NCBI RefSeq assembly: GCF_964204645.1
Contig: NC_134025.1
Coordinates: 17,459,101-17,523,100 of the forward strand
Reading direction: 5' to 3'
DNA length: 64,000 nt
From: Tubulanus polymorphus
Lineage: Eukaryota; Animalia; Nemertea
Both the position numbers and the translations under genes were made by a program. Of this stretch, positions 39,654 to 51,550 are shown one piece after another; position 1 is the stretch's first letter; the number at the start of each line of letters is the position of its first letter. A model generated the notes under the pieces. It was not told where the DNA came from. It saw only the letters and a list, made by a program, of their open reading frames with translations, and ran no database searches.

Positions 39654-41104
39654 TAAGTGCATTGTATCGTAGGGAAATTAATTATACAAGTATAACATGG
39701 CGGATCATCGAAGTGTGAAAAATATCGTTTATGAATTATAAGACATGTCTCCATTCAAATTCCTGTGCTTCATTGAACAGAAATACCGTGTAAATACGCC
39801 AGCGCTTAAACCAGACTAGAGGACCAACGGTCCTGTGCTCTCGAGGCAAAGTGTTTTTAAATAATATCAATGAAAACATATTACATTGATCATTCTTACT
39901 CTTTTAATTATGCAGATCTGTTCGCTTCACAACTGCCCTTGACACTACGGTGGAACTGGGCGCCTCAAGACAGTGGTAGGCAGGAACAAATACGTCAGAT
40001 CGATTTGTTATGGCCGGTTATAGTACAAAAAGATCGACAAACCAATGTATATCACTTTCAAAGTCTTTTTAGTAATATTGTGACCGATAATAACTTAAAT
40101 GAAAATCTATGATAAAGTTAACTTCATTCAAAAAACTTATTTCACTGTATGAAAAACGCGCGTATTCATAACGCGCGCATCAATATGAGCCTATGCAACT
40201 ATGTCACTGTAGTGTGTACAGTGTGAGATGCTAGTTATCTGCTACGCAATACGTCTGCAGTAAATGAATAAACACACGCCACACTGTCATACAACTCGGT
40301 GATAATTTCGGTCTGCCTGTAAAAATTAGGACTTTCAATGACATTGTCTGCCAACCTTTCGAAGTTAAAGACTCCCACTGATTTTCCCAGCAAAAAACAA
40401 GGAATTTAAGACTGCTACGGTACCGACCCTTGGTGCAAGGTGCCCGTTCACACCCGAGTGATGTAGTCATCCGCATAGTAATTCACCTCGTAAAATAAAT
40501 CTATCCGAATAAATTATTAATAAAATATTATTCAAAAATCTTTTCAATATCAACTTCTATCACCATTCAACCCAATATAATCGGAAATAATCTTGAATAC
40601 AAATTGCCGGATCTATTTTTGCAGCGAATTTAACCTCATTTATCGGATCTTTCGATAATTCAATGACTGTAAAAATGGTGTGCTTTGGTTCGCGGTAAAC
40701 ATACACAATACGATACCGACACGCTCGTAATAGCTCTCTCGTTCCTCGAGAGCTAAAAATGCGCAGTAATGCACACGGTCTGTTTGGTACGGAAACGCAT
40801 CGGGGCATTTGCAAATTATAGTGTATTTGAGATTGATGGGTTAATACAATTGAGATTAATGAGTAAATACAATGTTATATACGGCTTTGCGCCCTATCGG
40901 TGGTAATTGATGATGTAATTTAAGATGGCTGTCAGCCGCTGTTCTGATGAATAAAAGGTGACCCGTTCAGAAGAAGTCGTTGGCGTTTGTGCTTGTGCTT
41001 GAGTTGAGATACCACATAAATGTTACCAAAGAAACTCGCAGCTATCGACCTTTTGAAACAAAATGTCAACATTGCGACTAAAACGTTATTATTTTGATTT
41101 TAAG

Positions 41105-41217
41105 GGTGGGAAGTCGCTGACTTTGGTGACCTTCAATTCCATTTCGACAGTTTCTGCAAGAAAGACGAGAAGAGTTTTGCAAAAAATGTTGATAAAGTCG
41201 CTTCCGCGTGCCATAAG
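41105..41217 (+). CDS. ARG: Arginase coding exon 3
   Basis: aag|GWEVADFGDLQF...AKNVDKVASACHK|gt; phase matches exon 2. Confidence 0.88.
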
Positions 41218-42126
41218 GTAATTATGTTGGATGTCACGTGCGTAATGTTTAAGTTAAAAGTGAGGTCATACAAAATATTTCCTTTACCGAAAGGGAAACT
41301 GCAGCAAATTTGCCTTTTATTTTCAAGTTGGTTGCTGTTCATACCAGGTCGGATTTCCCATTTATCTTAATGAGCTCAGTTACCAGTAGTTTCTATGCGA
41401 CTACTTATTGTTAGCACCTAGAATGGCAGGTATCATAATGCAACCTTTAAGGAAAATCTGAGCACATGTTACCCTGATTTCATAGCAAATATCGGAACCC
41501 AAGAACCAAATGGCATTTACTAAACACACTAGTGTTCACTTATCATGGACAAAATTACGTGTCACTTTTGTCGTTATTCGCGAGAAGGCTAGGATCAACC
41601 AGGCTCGCTAGAAGTTAATTAGTCTTCCGCGTTCGATTTCTTCTACATCTCAATTAAAACTGAATGAATCTTTCTCAAATAATCAATTATCAATGAAATC
41701 TATATCGATATCTGAGTCGAAAAATGAATCTATTATATATTTGGTATGATATTTGGGTGTCTAAAAATTCAGTTCAAAGTTCATTGAAAATGAACCAATT
41801 TTTACAACGTAAGACCGATTGCTCGTAACGCCATCTGGCGGGGTAGCAGATTCCCAATTTTTTCTGCTTTCGAGAAAAGTATTCGTAAATTTTTCAAACG
41901 CATATGAATACACAGGTCCCCATCAATGAACCAGTTCCAAGTTCCATCTAGTTCTGTCAGATGTTCTGGAAGAACCTACAGACAACTCGCGTGAAACTGG
42001 GTGCAGGGTCGTATATTTTTAATCATGAGATGATTACTTAATATTCTGGTTGTCAATTTGTGGAAACTGGTTTTTTGACGATATCTTATGCCCTTCCTCA
42101 TTTTTGTGTGCAAAATTAAATATCAG

Positions 42127-42268
42127 GTCTCGAAGCAAGTTGAAGCCTCCGTCAATGCATATGACCATACGATCGTTCTTGGTGGTGATCATTCTGGAAC
42201 AATCGGCAGTATCCATGGACACGCACAGGCAAATTCGGATATTTGCGTCCTTTGGATAGATGCACATG
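42127..42268 (+). CDS. ARG: Arginase coding exon 4
   Basis: VLGGDHS and VLWIDAH motifs. Confidence 0.96.
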
Positions 42269-42358
42269 GTAGGAATTCTGTCGTTCCTTATAGATGGATA
42301 ATTGAGTTGCGTAGAGGTGGTGTTTCAATTTAACTCATTCGCACTTTTTATATCTTAG

Positions 42359-42485
42359 CCGATTTGAACACGCCACATACTTCATTTTCCGGCAACATGC
42401 ACGGAATGCCGTTAGCCTTTTTACTTCACGAGATGGAACCTTACTTATCTAAACAATCAAACCCGATTGATTGGTGCAAGCCTTG
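42359..42485 (+). CDS. ARG: Arginase coding exon 5
   Basis: ADLNTPHTSFSGNMHGMPLAFL. Confidence 0.96.
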
Positions 42486-42596
42486 GTAAGTTAAACAGGA
42501 ATCGATTTATTTCATGAAACTTGCGCTATGCAGCACCTTTAACGAATAATAATAATAATTATAATTATATTCATAACTCTTAGCCTGTTCTTACAG

Positions 42597-42758
42597 CCTT
42601 AGCGTCAAGAATCTGGCATATATAGGTCTTCGAGATGTCGACCCTGCTGAACGATACTTTCTCGATCATTTGGGGATATGTGCATTCACAATGGAAGAGA
42701 TTGATATATACGGTTTGGGACCAATCGTGAAGCAAGCGTTAGATGTAATAAATCCGAA
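42597..42758 (+). CDS. ARG: Arginase coding exon 6
   Basis: LAYIGLRDVDPAE...FTMEEID..G. Confidence 0.96.
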
Positions 42759-42855
42759 GTAAGCTACTAACTTAGTGCGTAACCATATTTCTACTTACCG
42801 TACGTTTATTTGCATTAGGACTGAATGAATAATTTCATAATTTCTCTTCTTCGAG

Positions 42856-42935
42856 CAATGAGCGACGCATCCACGTGAGTTTTGACATTGATGCGCTTGA
42901 TCCAGTGACCGTTGCACCGAGTACTGGAACACCGG
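42856..42935 (+). CDS. ARG: Arginase coding exon 7
   Basis: IHVSFDIDALDPVTVAPSTGTP; acceptor is GAG. Confidence 0.93.
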
Positions 42936-43004
42936 GTATGTGGATGATCGGATGGCCCATTTTTAACTCGTGTAACCCTTGTATTATATGACATCTTTCA
43001 TCAG

Positions 43005-43231
43005 TTCCAGGAGGTTTAACGATGCGAGACGGTTACTTCATAATGGAAACAGTGGCAAAGACAGGTAGACTTGCGGTTATGGATTTAATGGAGGTGAATC
43101 CTAATATTGGAACCCAACAAGACGTTCAGCGTACAGTTTGGGCAGCGAATGAAATGATTCTTACGGGAATGGGAAAACGGCGGTCTGGTACACTTCCAGT
43201 ACACTTCAAACCACCAGCTAGACTCGACTAA
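43005..43231 (+). CDS. ARG: Arginase coding exon 8 (stop)
   Basis: VPGGLTMRDG...DLMEVNP...; the 8 exons sum to 1005 nt = 334 aa + stop. Confidence 0.95.
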
Positions 43232-43668
43232 TTCTAAAACGCACAATGTTGTTCCCTTTTCTTTTGTTCATTCTTAGATCTGATGGTGCCGTGGTAAATT
43301 GCCACCATCTTGGTATTATGGTGCTGTGTTTAAATTGCCACCATACTTTTTCAGTTTTATGGTGCTGTGTTAAATTGCCACCATGGCGCATTTTATATCT
43401 CATATATCAACAGTTTTGCATTTTAGCGTTTGTTTTATATGGTGCTGGGTAAAATCTTTGCCTAAGTTTCGGAGCCTTTTTGCTTCAAAAAGCAACATTT
43501 TACTCCGAGGCTGCATCGTTAGTACGTTATTTTACTTATTTGAAATACAACTACAACCGAATCGACAATAGATTAAATTCAATAGCAAATATTATGAATG
43601 TTATTTTTCCTACATGTGGTCAACATGGTAGATCTAGATATGTGATGTGTCATATATGCTGTGATCTA

Positions 43669-44262
43669 AGCCGCGTTCACACGACAACTAGTTATACCGG
43701 TCTAAATGGGTCCGTACCTGGTCCGGACCAAATGTGAGCGTTCACACGGCGTTTTGACACGCGTTGATAGAATCACCTGTTACCGGGTCCACAAGATGTC
43801 GCCATCTACTAAACAATAAACTGGGCCTGTATGAAGTCTAATTTCCAGATTCCAGCAGAGCAAGACATTCTTCATTTGACCAATTCGATCCTCTGTCAGG
43901 TTTAGACATTTTTGCGAATTCGATCATACTCTATCACTGAAACGCAAAGTGTCGTTTAAACACGATTCAAAACACGGAAGTAAAACGGATGATGATTGCG
44001 ACATACGAATGCGAATGCGAAAACGAAAATTTGTTACACTCCAAACATTTCCATGGTATAGGGAGGAAAAACAGTACCTGAAATTAATTACATAAACGGT
44101 AAAAAAAAGCATTTAAAACTTAATGAACTGAACTCACACTCTACCGCAGAGGTCGCGATATCTACCGCAGATTCAGGATTACGATTTAGACTGGACCTGG
44201 TACCAGTTTCTGTCCACACACAGATTAAGACCAGTCAAAAATTTAGACCGGATCTGGTTAGC
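43669..44262. mobile_element. Degenerate Harbinger-like non-autonomous element
   Basis: GCCGCGTTCACAC start; repeated CACAC and inverted CCGGTCTAAAT / ATTTAGACCGG motifs. Confidence 0.4.
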
Positions 44263-44785
44263 TCCTTAAGTGTAAACTATACTTTGTTACCATTCGTCGT
44301 GACCTTATCGCTGAATATACGCGACATCTATCGATATTATAACAACATCCACGGGTATAGATGCACATAGATAAACATTGAGTATTTCAACAGAAAAAGA
44401 GCTTAAACCAGAAAAAGAGAAAATGAGAGTTTTCTTGTATAGGGCACTATTCATTATCTATTTATTTTCCCACTCATCAATTTTGACCAACTTGAATAAA
44501 ATTTTGTCTCCGGTTGACGAACTTTTCGTCGGTCAACTGTCCCGGGGATCTTCCTGTCTCTCCAGCATAATATTGTTTTATAAATGAATTATAATTTTAA
44601 AGATTATGAAGGGAAAAATCTGTTGGACTTTTGGGGGAAACCGGCGAAAATTCCACTTTCTAACTCAAAATTGTGCCGGTCCCAAAGTATCCGACTTAGA
44701 AATGGTCTATTGTATAACAACCCACTCTTAGATGTAGAAATGAGGAATGCAGAGCTTGATACCTAATATCACACGCGCAGCAGGT

Positions 44786-45140
44786 ATATATGCATCCTGC
44801 ATTGGCAGGGATTCGAACCTGATTGCATCGCTACACTCAGCCACGATTACAACCCATGCCACAGTAGACCAGGTGCGCAGGTACATGCGCAGCTTTACCG
44901 TGCGAAAACCTGCTGCACCAATCAGATTGCTTGTAGTATAATCGCTCAGGTAAATTTCACGGAAGAACTATGAATAGGAAAACCCGTGTTAAAATAAACC
45001 GGGATGTCTGATTTGCTAATAATGACATCATCTAAGCTGCGCGTGTAGCTGCGCATTCGGTCTAGTGTGGCAGGGTTTCGTACCGTGGCAATCTCGATGT
45101 CATCAGGTTCGAATCCCTGCCGGGGGAGGATTGTGTATAT
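44786..45140. repeat. Divergent pair of tRNA-like (Pol III A/B-box) units forming an inverted repeat
   Basis: 44804-44895 (minus) and 45034-45121 (plus) both read AAGCTGCGC..GGTCTA.TGTGGCA...CAGGTTCGAATCCCTGCC. Confidence 0.7.
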
Positions 45141-45907
45141 GTCTAACGAAGGCAAACTTTTCATCCAGCAAACTATGAGGTCACCGCCACAATACTTGCC
45201 ATCTCTCCCCGTTCTCGACAAACCTTCCACAAGTATATTCTCAACTTAACAATGACACATCCTGTTTGATCATACTTATTCAGACACCACCTATAAGTCA
45301 TCCAATAAACCGGAATCGTGTATCCAAATCAATTTCTTAGATTTTTATATTGGCATAACCTAAAACTTCCATCCTATTCTTTTTCAACCAGCATACTCCC
45401 TCAGAACGAAGCCTCAAATGGTTTGTGACTTTCTCAAAATGTATAAAATGAATTAATTTCTAGTTCATGTGTCCTCAAAAATTAATATGTGAACGGTTGA
45501 TAAAGGACCAATTGTCCAGTGGCTCACCAAACAGTGTGAAGTAATAGTCCGTCACACTGTAGGCCTACCGGTATGCACAAATTCATTTCATTGAAAATTA
45601 AACAAGAGAAAAATCGATCAAAAACGGACTGGATTTTGGTCAGAGTGAACTTTCAATGAAACTTACTTTTAGAAAAAGAATAAAATCTTCGAAAGACTGA
45701 TTATGAGAATTTCAGATCGAACAAACGTTCGCATCAAGACGTCGCACGGAGAGCGATGCCGGCGTTGGTGTCACTGAGGCAGGCTGATGACGATTGCTTG
45801 TTTGTCTTTTTGTTTGTTTACATCGTTTGGACCTTGGTTTTTAACCCTATTGGATCGTTCATTTAACCTCATGATGGGACGGCCTTTGAAGTGTTGCCCG
45901 CACACTG

Positions 45908-46004
45908 TAAGCAGCCAGCAGGACTCGAACCCACTTGACACTCAGCACTGATAGAGGATGCAACAGCATCACGCCTTCCATCTCACTGAGCTACCGAGGC
46001 CGCT
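45908..46004 (-). repeat. tRNA-derived SINE-like head
   Basis: Minus strand GGTAGCTCAGTG...GGGTTCGAGTCC, with overlong box spacing. Confidence 0.55.
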
Positions 46005-46457
46005 CGATTCAATTCCAAACAAGAAATAAATTCTAAAAATGGGCTTGCTGACACGGTTGTACTGAAAGCTTGCTTGGTGGTTTTGCATTTCTGTAGTAGA
46101 ATTAATCGAACTTTGAACTGATTACTTGTTAAAGCGCTAAGAGATCGGTGTTGTTTTACATCGTTACATAAAATGTTACACACGGGGACTGGGGATCAGA
46201 ATGGTTTCATTGAAGATGCGGACCAAGTTAGTGCAAGCTTTTGGATAGTTGTTATTTGAATATTGCAGTGTCTTAACAGAATCTAGCATCATGTTGATAA
46301 TTGCTAGATTACTTATCGGATTGTGTGGAAATGATTTTGCTTTAGAAAAATTTACAGCTGAAAGAAAAAACGTGACTAATTCGAGTGACTTCAGGTGAAG
46401 AGAAGCGAACACGCAAATAGATAAGAGCCACGATTTTTCTTTTTAAAATAATACAGA

Positions 46458-47460
46458 CATTAAGCAAGATTAAGTTACATTTCCTTCAAATGACAATCCA
46501 CTACGATCATCCGATAAAGTTTATTGCCACCATAGACTACCGCCCCCTGGCTCTTTGAAGAGAGAGGGAACCAGTCGTCAATTCAATTCAGAATTTATTA
46601 TACAGAACAGCGGTTTTAAGTTTTATTAGATATTAAAACCGAAAAATATAAATGTTCATACAGAGATTTTTCAAATGGCCACTAACGCAAGCACCCAATG
46701 AAAGTAAAAGAAAATTGAAAGAATTTTTTTAAAGCATATTGAAAAGCATATTGTTATTTGAGCTCTCCCCATTCCAACAAGCTTTCTTTCAGTAAGATTG
46801 GAGCTATTTGAATTTTTCATGGATATAGCTAACTCTGGCATTAGTTTTCAATTTTCCAAGTTTTAACTAAATTAGACTTGATTTAATTTCTTTCATTAAT
46901 TCAATGCTCTTGCCCCGGCAGTACGATTTCAATATGAAATTGGAGTTGATTTTCTTTCCAGTTTCATTGACAACATTATGTTTTCCTTACTACTAGTTAG
47001 TTACCTAATCGTTGGTGGTAAGCTTTTTATAATCGGATGGGCTTATACCAACGTTAGGGATGACAAGGGCCAAAACACGGTTGAAACTAGGGGTCTAGGG
47101 ACACCATGCCCACTTGGGAAGTGGTTTCAAATGCTCAACAATCTAACAATTTTAATATTCAACACCCCCTGGTGACTAGGCTATATAAACATTAAGCAAG
47201 AATAAGTTGCATTTCCTTCAAATGACAATCCACTACGATCATCCGATTAAGTTTATTGCCACCATAGGCTACCGCCCCCTGGTTCTTTGAAGAGATAGGG
47301 AACCAGTCTTCAATTCAATTCTGAATTAATTTTACAGAAAAGCGGTTTTTAAGTGATAGATATTCAAACTGAAAAATATAAATGTTCATACAGAGATTTT
47401 ACAAATGGCTGCTAACGCAAGCACCCAATGAAAGTAAAAGAAAATGAAAAGGATTTTTTA
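46458..47460 (+). repeat. ~270-bp direct repeat pair
   Basis: 46458-46730 approximately equals 47190-47460. Confidence 0.85.
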
Positions 47461-48550
47461 AAAACGTGAAAGTAAATGATTCATTACGAAATTTTGTGTC
47501 AGTAAAGAATGAATTGAATTGCCGGCAGCACTATGCCGCGCAATACCAATACCAATTTCATGCCTGATCACACACGCTCAACCAAGGTTGGTATGCGCTG
47601 TTGAAATAACAAAAACGATTAAACGAAATCATAAAACAATGAAAACGACAACCGTTATAGCCAATATGCGAAAGGAACCTAGATTTTGTTACTGCATTAA
47701 ATGTGTGTAAATACCAGAGCCCAAGAAAGTTCTAACGAAAATAATCGACTCCTCAAGCAAGTTATCAATCCGTGTGATAGCAATATGGGCTTGCAAGCAT
47801 GCAAGCCCATGAAAACTACAGTAGCGGCAAATAACCATCGCGATATTGCAACGCGATATTACGACAAAAAGCGTATAAATTTAACGACCTAGCGTATAAA
47901 TTTAATCACTGTTGTGGTGTTCAACGCATTGAAAAGATACAAGTTATTTTTCCCGGCGCGCATTACAAAGCGAATCCATCTGCCGAGTGCGTTAGGGGCT
48001 GCTTTCGCCTCGTGAGTGCGCAGTAGGCGGGCAGAGCATCTTAAAGTGACAACTTATCGTAGAATATAGCCGAACCGATGGTATTTTACAATAAACTGTC
48101 AGTCAACTGATTGATGATACATCATGGTTATTCTCGGCGTACTTAACAATGATGATATTTTCCTCCAATAAACAACTCTGGTAAAAATTGAATCTTTATT
48201 GGTGATATCGCATGATGGTTGGTTGGTACTGTTTACCGTCATACTGTTTCGTGTCATCATGAAATGGTTTTAACTTAAGTAAAGGTGTTCCTGCGCGATC
48301 ACATAACTTACCTATACTTTACCTTCAGTCATGAGTAGGCCACTCCACTGCTCTAGAAATATGTATTCTGCCGCTGATAATTAATCCCATTAAATCTCAT
48401 TGCTTCTGATAGGAGGAATAACAGTGATATTTAAACACTATATTTATATACCGGGGTTACATAAATTTATGTTTTCCTATTCAAAAGAGGCCATTCCCCC
48501 ATTTTTACCGCCAACGTCATTGCGGACATATCACTACGCGATTGCTTAAC

Positions 48551-48672
48551 AGTAATAGGGAATATGGGGGTTCAAGCCAAAGGTCGAAAGGTCGAAAAAT
48601 AAATTCTCGCACACTCGAATTTATTTTTCGACCTTTCAACCTTTAACCTGAACCCCCATATTCCCTATTACT
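48551..48672. repeat. Terminal fold-back hairpin of viral copy 2
   Basis: 56-nt arms 48551-48606 and 48617-48672 with 4 mismatches; loop TCGCACACTC. Confidence 0.95.
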
Positions 48673-48746
48673 CCCTATAGAATATTCATATGTATGAATA
48701 TGAATAACTTCTAAAATCAATATTAATAAAAAAATTTGATATTAAA

Positions 48747-50690
48747 ATGGAAGCAAATAAGACGTACTACTGTTCAACATGTAATATCAATATAGATAAA
48801 TCCGAAAAATCAAGACACAATAAAACTAAATCCCACTTAGAAAATAGATTAAACTTAGAATATCAAGATGAAAAGATGAAAATAAATTAGAGGAATTGAC
48901 GAATGAAAAAGAAACATACAAATGTGATACATGTAATCAATCATTCAGTGAAAAAAGATATTATGAACAACATTTAAAATCTAAAAGTCATATTAGAAAT
49001 ATTAATAATGATACTTTAGGTGAAGAATATTTTGATAAAGATAATGATAAGAAACAGAAGACAAATAAAAGAATAAACAATAAAATAAACAATAAAAGGC
49101 CATACATGGAAGATGTAAGAAATTATGTTAATTCATTAGATAATAAAAAAGAAATAGAAATAACCGAGGCATTCAAAAGTGATATTGGACCAGCCGCAAT
49201 TGAGTTTAAAGGTAAAACATTAGAAGAAAATAAAAAACATTTAGAAAATATGAAAAGTATAATAAGAATACTTACAGATGTTGAATACCCTAAAATTAGT
49301 ATATCTTCTAAAGTTAAATTTTTAAAATCTGAAGATAAACCAATATATAATATAAATTCTCATTCACAACATATTATTTCAAAACATCATATAGATGATA
49401 AATTGAATAAATGTTATAATGAAATAAAGAGTAAAATAGAAGAGAAATATTTTGAAGGATCTGGTTAAATATTTGATGAAATAATATTTATGACTTTACA
49501 TGTTTATAACACAAAATATAATAAGTTAACTAAATCAAAACCAATAGATGAAAATAATTTATCATATTATAAAGATGATAATATAAATGGATCAAGTTAT
49601 ATCAAATTACCATTTAAAACTAATGCTGTTATAAATGTACAAAATGAAGATGATAAATGTTTTCTATGGACAATAATTAGTTGCTTACATCCAGTTGAAG
49701 ATTATAAACAACATAGTTTTAGATTAACACATTATATTCATACAGAAAAGTTAATGGTAACTCAGGATGATAAATATAATTATGTAGTACATTATAGAAT
49801 GTTGAAGTTTTATTTGAATCAAGGAATGATTCTAAAAAAAGGACATAGATATATTTCGTTCAGTCAATCTAAATGGTTAGAAAAATATATAGATTTTAAC
49901 ACCAAACAGAGAACTAAAGCTAAAACTGATTTCGAGAAAGATTTCTTCAAGTTAATGAATAATGCATTCTATGGTAAGACTTGTGAAAATATTAGAAATA
50001 GAAATGATATTGAGTTAGTTAGCAATGGTAAAAGAATTAGACATTTACAAACATATCCTAAATTCATTGGTAACAGAATATTTGATGAAAATTTAGCTGC
50101 AGTTAAAATGAGAAGAACATCAATGAAATTTAATAAACCAATCTATGTTGGCGCTTCAGTTTTAGAATTATCAAAATTACTAATGCATGAATTCTATTAT
50201 AACGTATTACAACCTCATTTTGGAGAAAAGCACATAGAAATCTTATATTTTGATACTGACAGTTACATATTAAAGATAATAACATAATAGATGATTTAAA
50301 AACATTAAAACATCTTTTTGATTTCAGTAATTATCCAAAAGATCACGAATTGTATAGCAATGAAAATAAAAAGGTGCCCGGTAAATTCAAAGATGAATTA
50401 GGAGGTGAAGAAATGATAGAGTTCATTGGAATTCGATGTATAGTGAACATGAAGCAAAAAAGTTAAAAGGTATAACAAAAAGTGTAGTAGAAAAGAATAT
50501 TCATTTTAAAGATTACATCAATTGTATATTCAATGAAGAAGTTAGGAAACATAAGATGAAATGTTTAAGATCTGAAGATCACGAGATGTTTATTGAAGAG
50601 ATAGAGAAGATAAGTCTAAACCCATTTGACGATAAAAGATATATTTTAGATGATGGAATTCATAGTCGCTTATGGTTGCAATTAAGATGA
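48747..50690 (+). pseudogene. polB: Protein-primed family B DNA polymerase, internally deleted
   Basis: Two CxxC..H..H fingers, EGSG, NEDDKCFLW, then KLMNNAFYGK, KPIYVG, YFDTDS, KKVPGKFKDE, FDDKRY; exonuclease and motif A absent. Confidence 0.92.
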
Positions 50691-50792
50691 ATACTTAAAA
50701 TTTAAAAGGGAGGAAACAAAAGAGAACGAGATTATGAAATGGATTCTAACATGTCGGCTTTAATTCAATTTTGAGAAAAATATGTATAATAA

Positions 50793-51146
50793 ATGGAGAG
50801 TAAACAAGCACACAGTGAGAACAACAAATCATTCCTAGATAGAATTAAATATACTACAAATGTAAAATCTGTAGATAATAAATTTAAGAAGTTAACAGAA
50901 TTAACAATTCATAAGAAATATTTAATTACAAATATTGATACAGTTACTAACAAATATGGAGATAAATCAGTTATTCACTTAGAATATGAAGGGTTAAAAG
51001 GAAATAAATATAAATTCGGAACATATTTACCCGATAGATTTCATAGATTATCAAGTGAAGATCTAGAAGAAATATGTTCTGGTGATTTCTATTTCATATT
51101 TAAAGGTAAGAATGAAAAAGGGCACCATGAAATACATTTCGAATAA
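50793..51146 (+). CDS. MESKQ small protein (117 aa)
   Basis: Intact ORF homologous to 35920-36261. Confidence 0.8.
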   Translation: MESKQAHSENNKSFLDRIKYTTNVKSVDNKFKKLTELTIHKKYLITNIDTVTNKYGDKSVIHLEYEGLKGNKYKFGTYLPDRFHRLSSEDLEEICSGDFYFIFKGKNEKGHHEIHFE

Positions 51147-51550
51147 AAAAATATGTAATATAAATGCAAGATAAATTAAAAGAATATAGAATATATGTTG
51201 ATTCTAGAAAACTGTTAAATTCTAAATCACATAATTTACTAGTACAATTAGATAGAGAATTTAAGAATTGCGTAGATTTAAAATTAGTAAATGTAAGTTT
51301 ATGTAATTCTTATTATAATATAACGGATAAAACTATTGAAGTTAATACTTTTTTAATTCATATTAGAAATATAAATAAATGGTTTCATCTAATTTTAAAA
51401 CCAGGATTATATAATTTAGAAACATTAGCTCAAGAAATTAATCGAAGAGCACGGTTGAAATTTAGAAGAGTTGATAAATTGGTAATTAGATTTATAAAAA
51501 GTGATAGCACAAATAAAATTAAAATAAAGGTATATGATGGAAGTCAAAAT

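Noticed and set aside
48545-48550. Target-site duplication of the viral elements
   Set aside because: No copy has both intact ends within the window, so it cannot be determined
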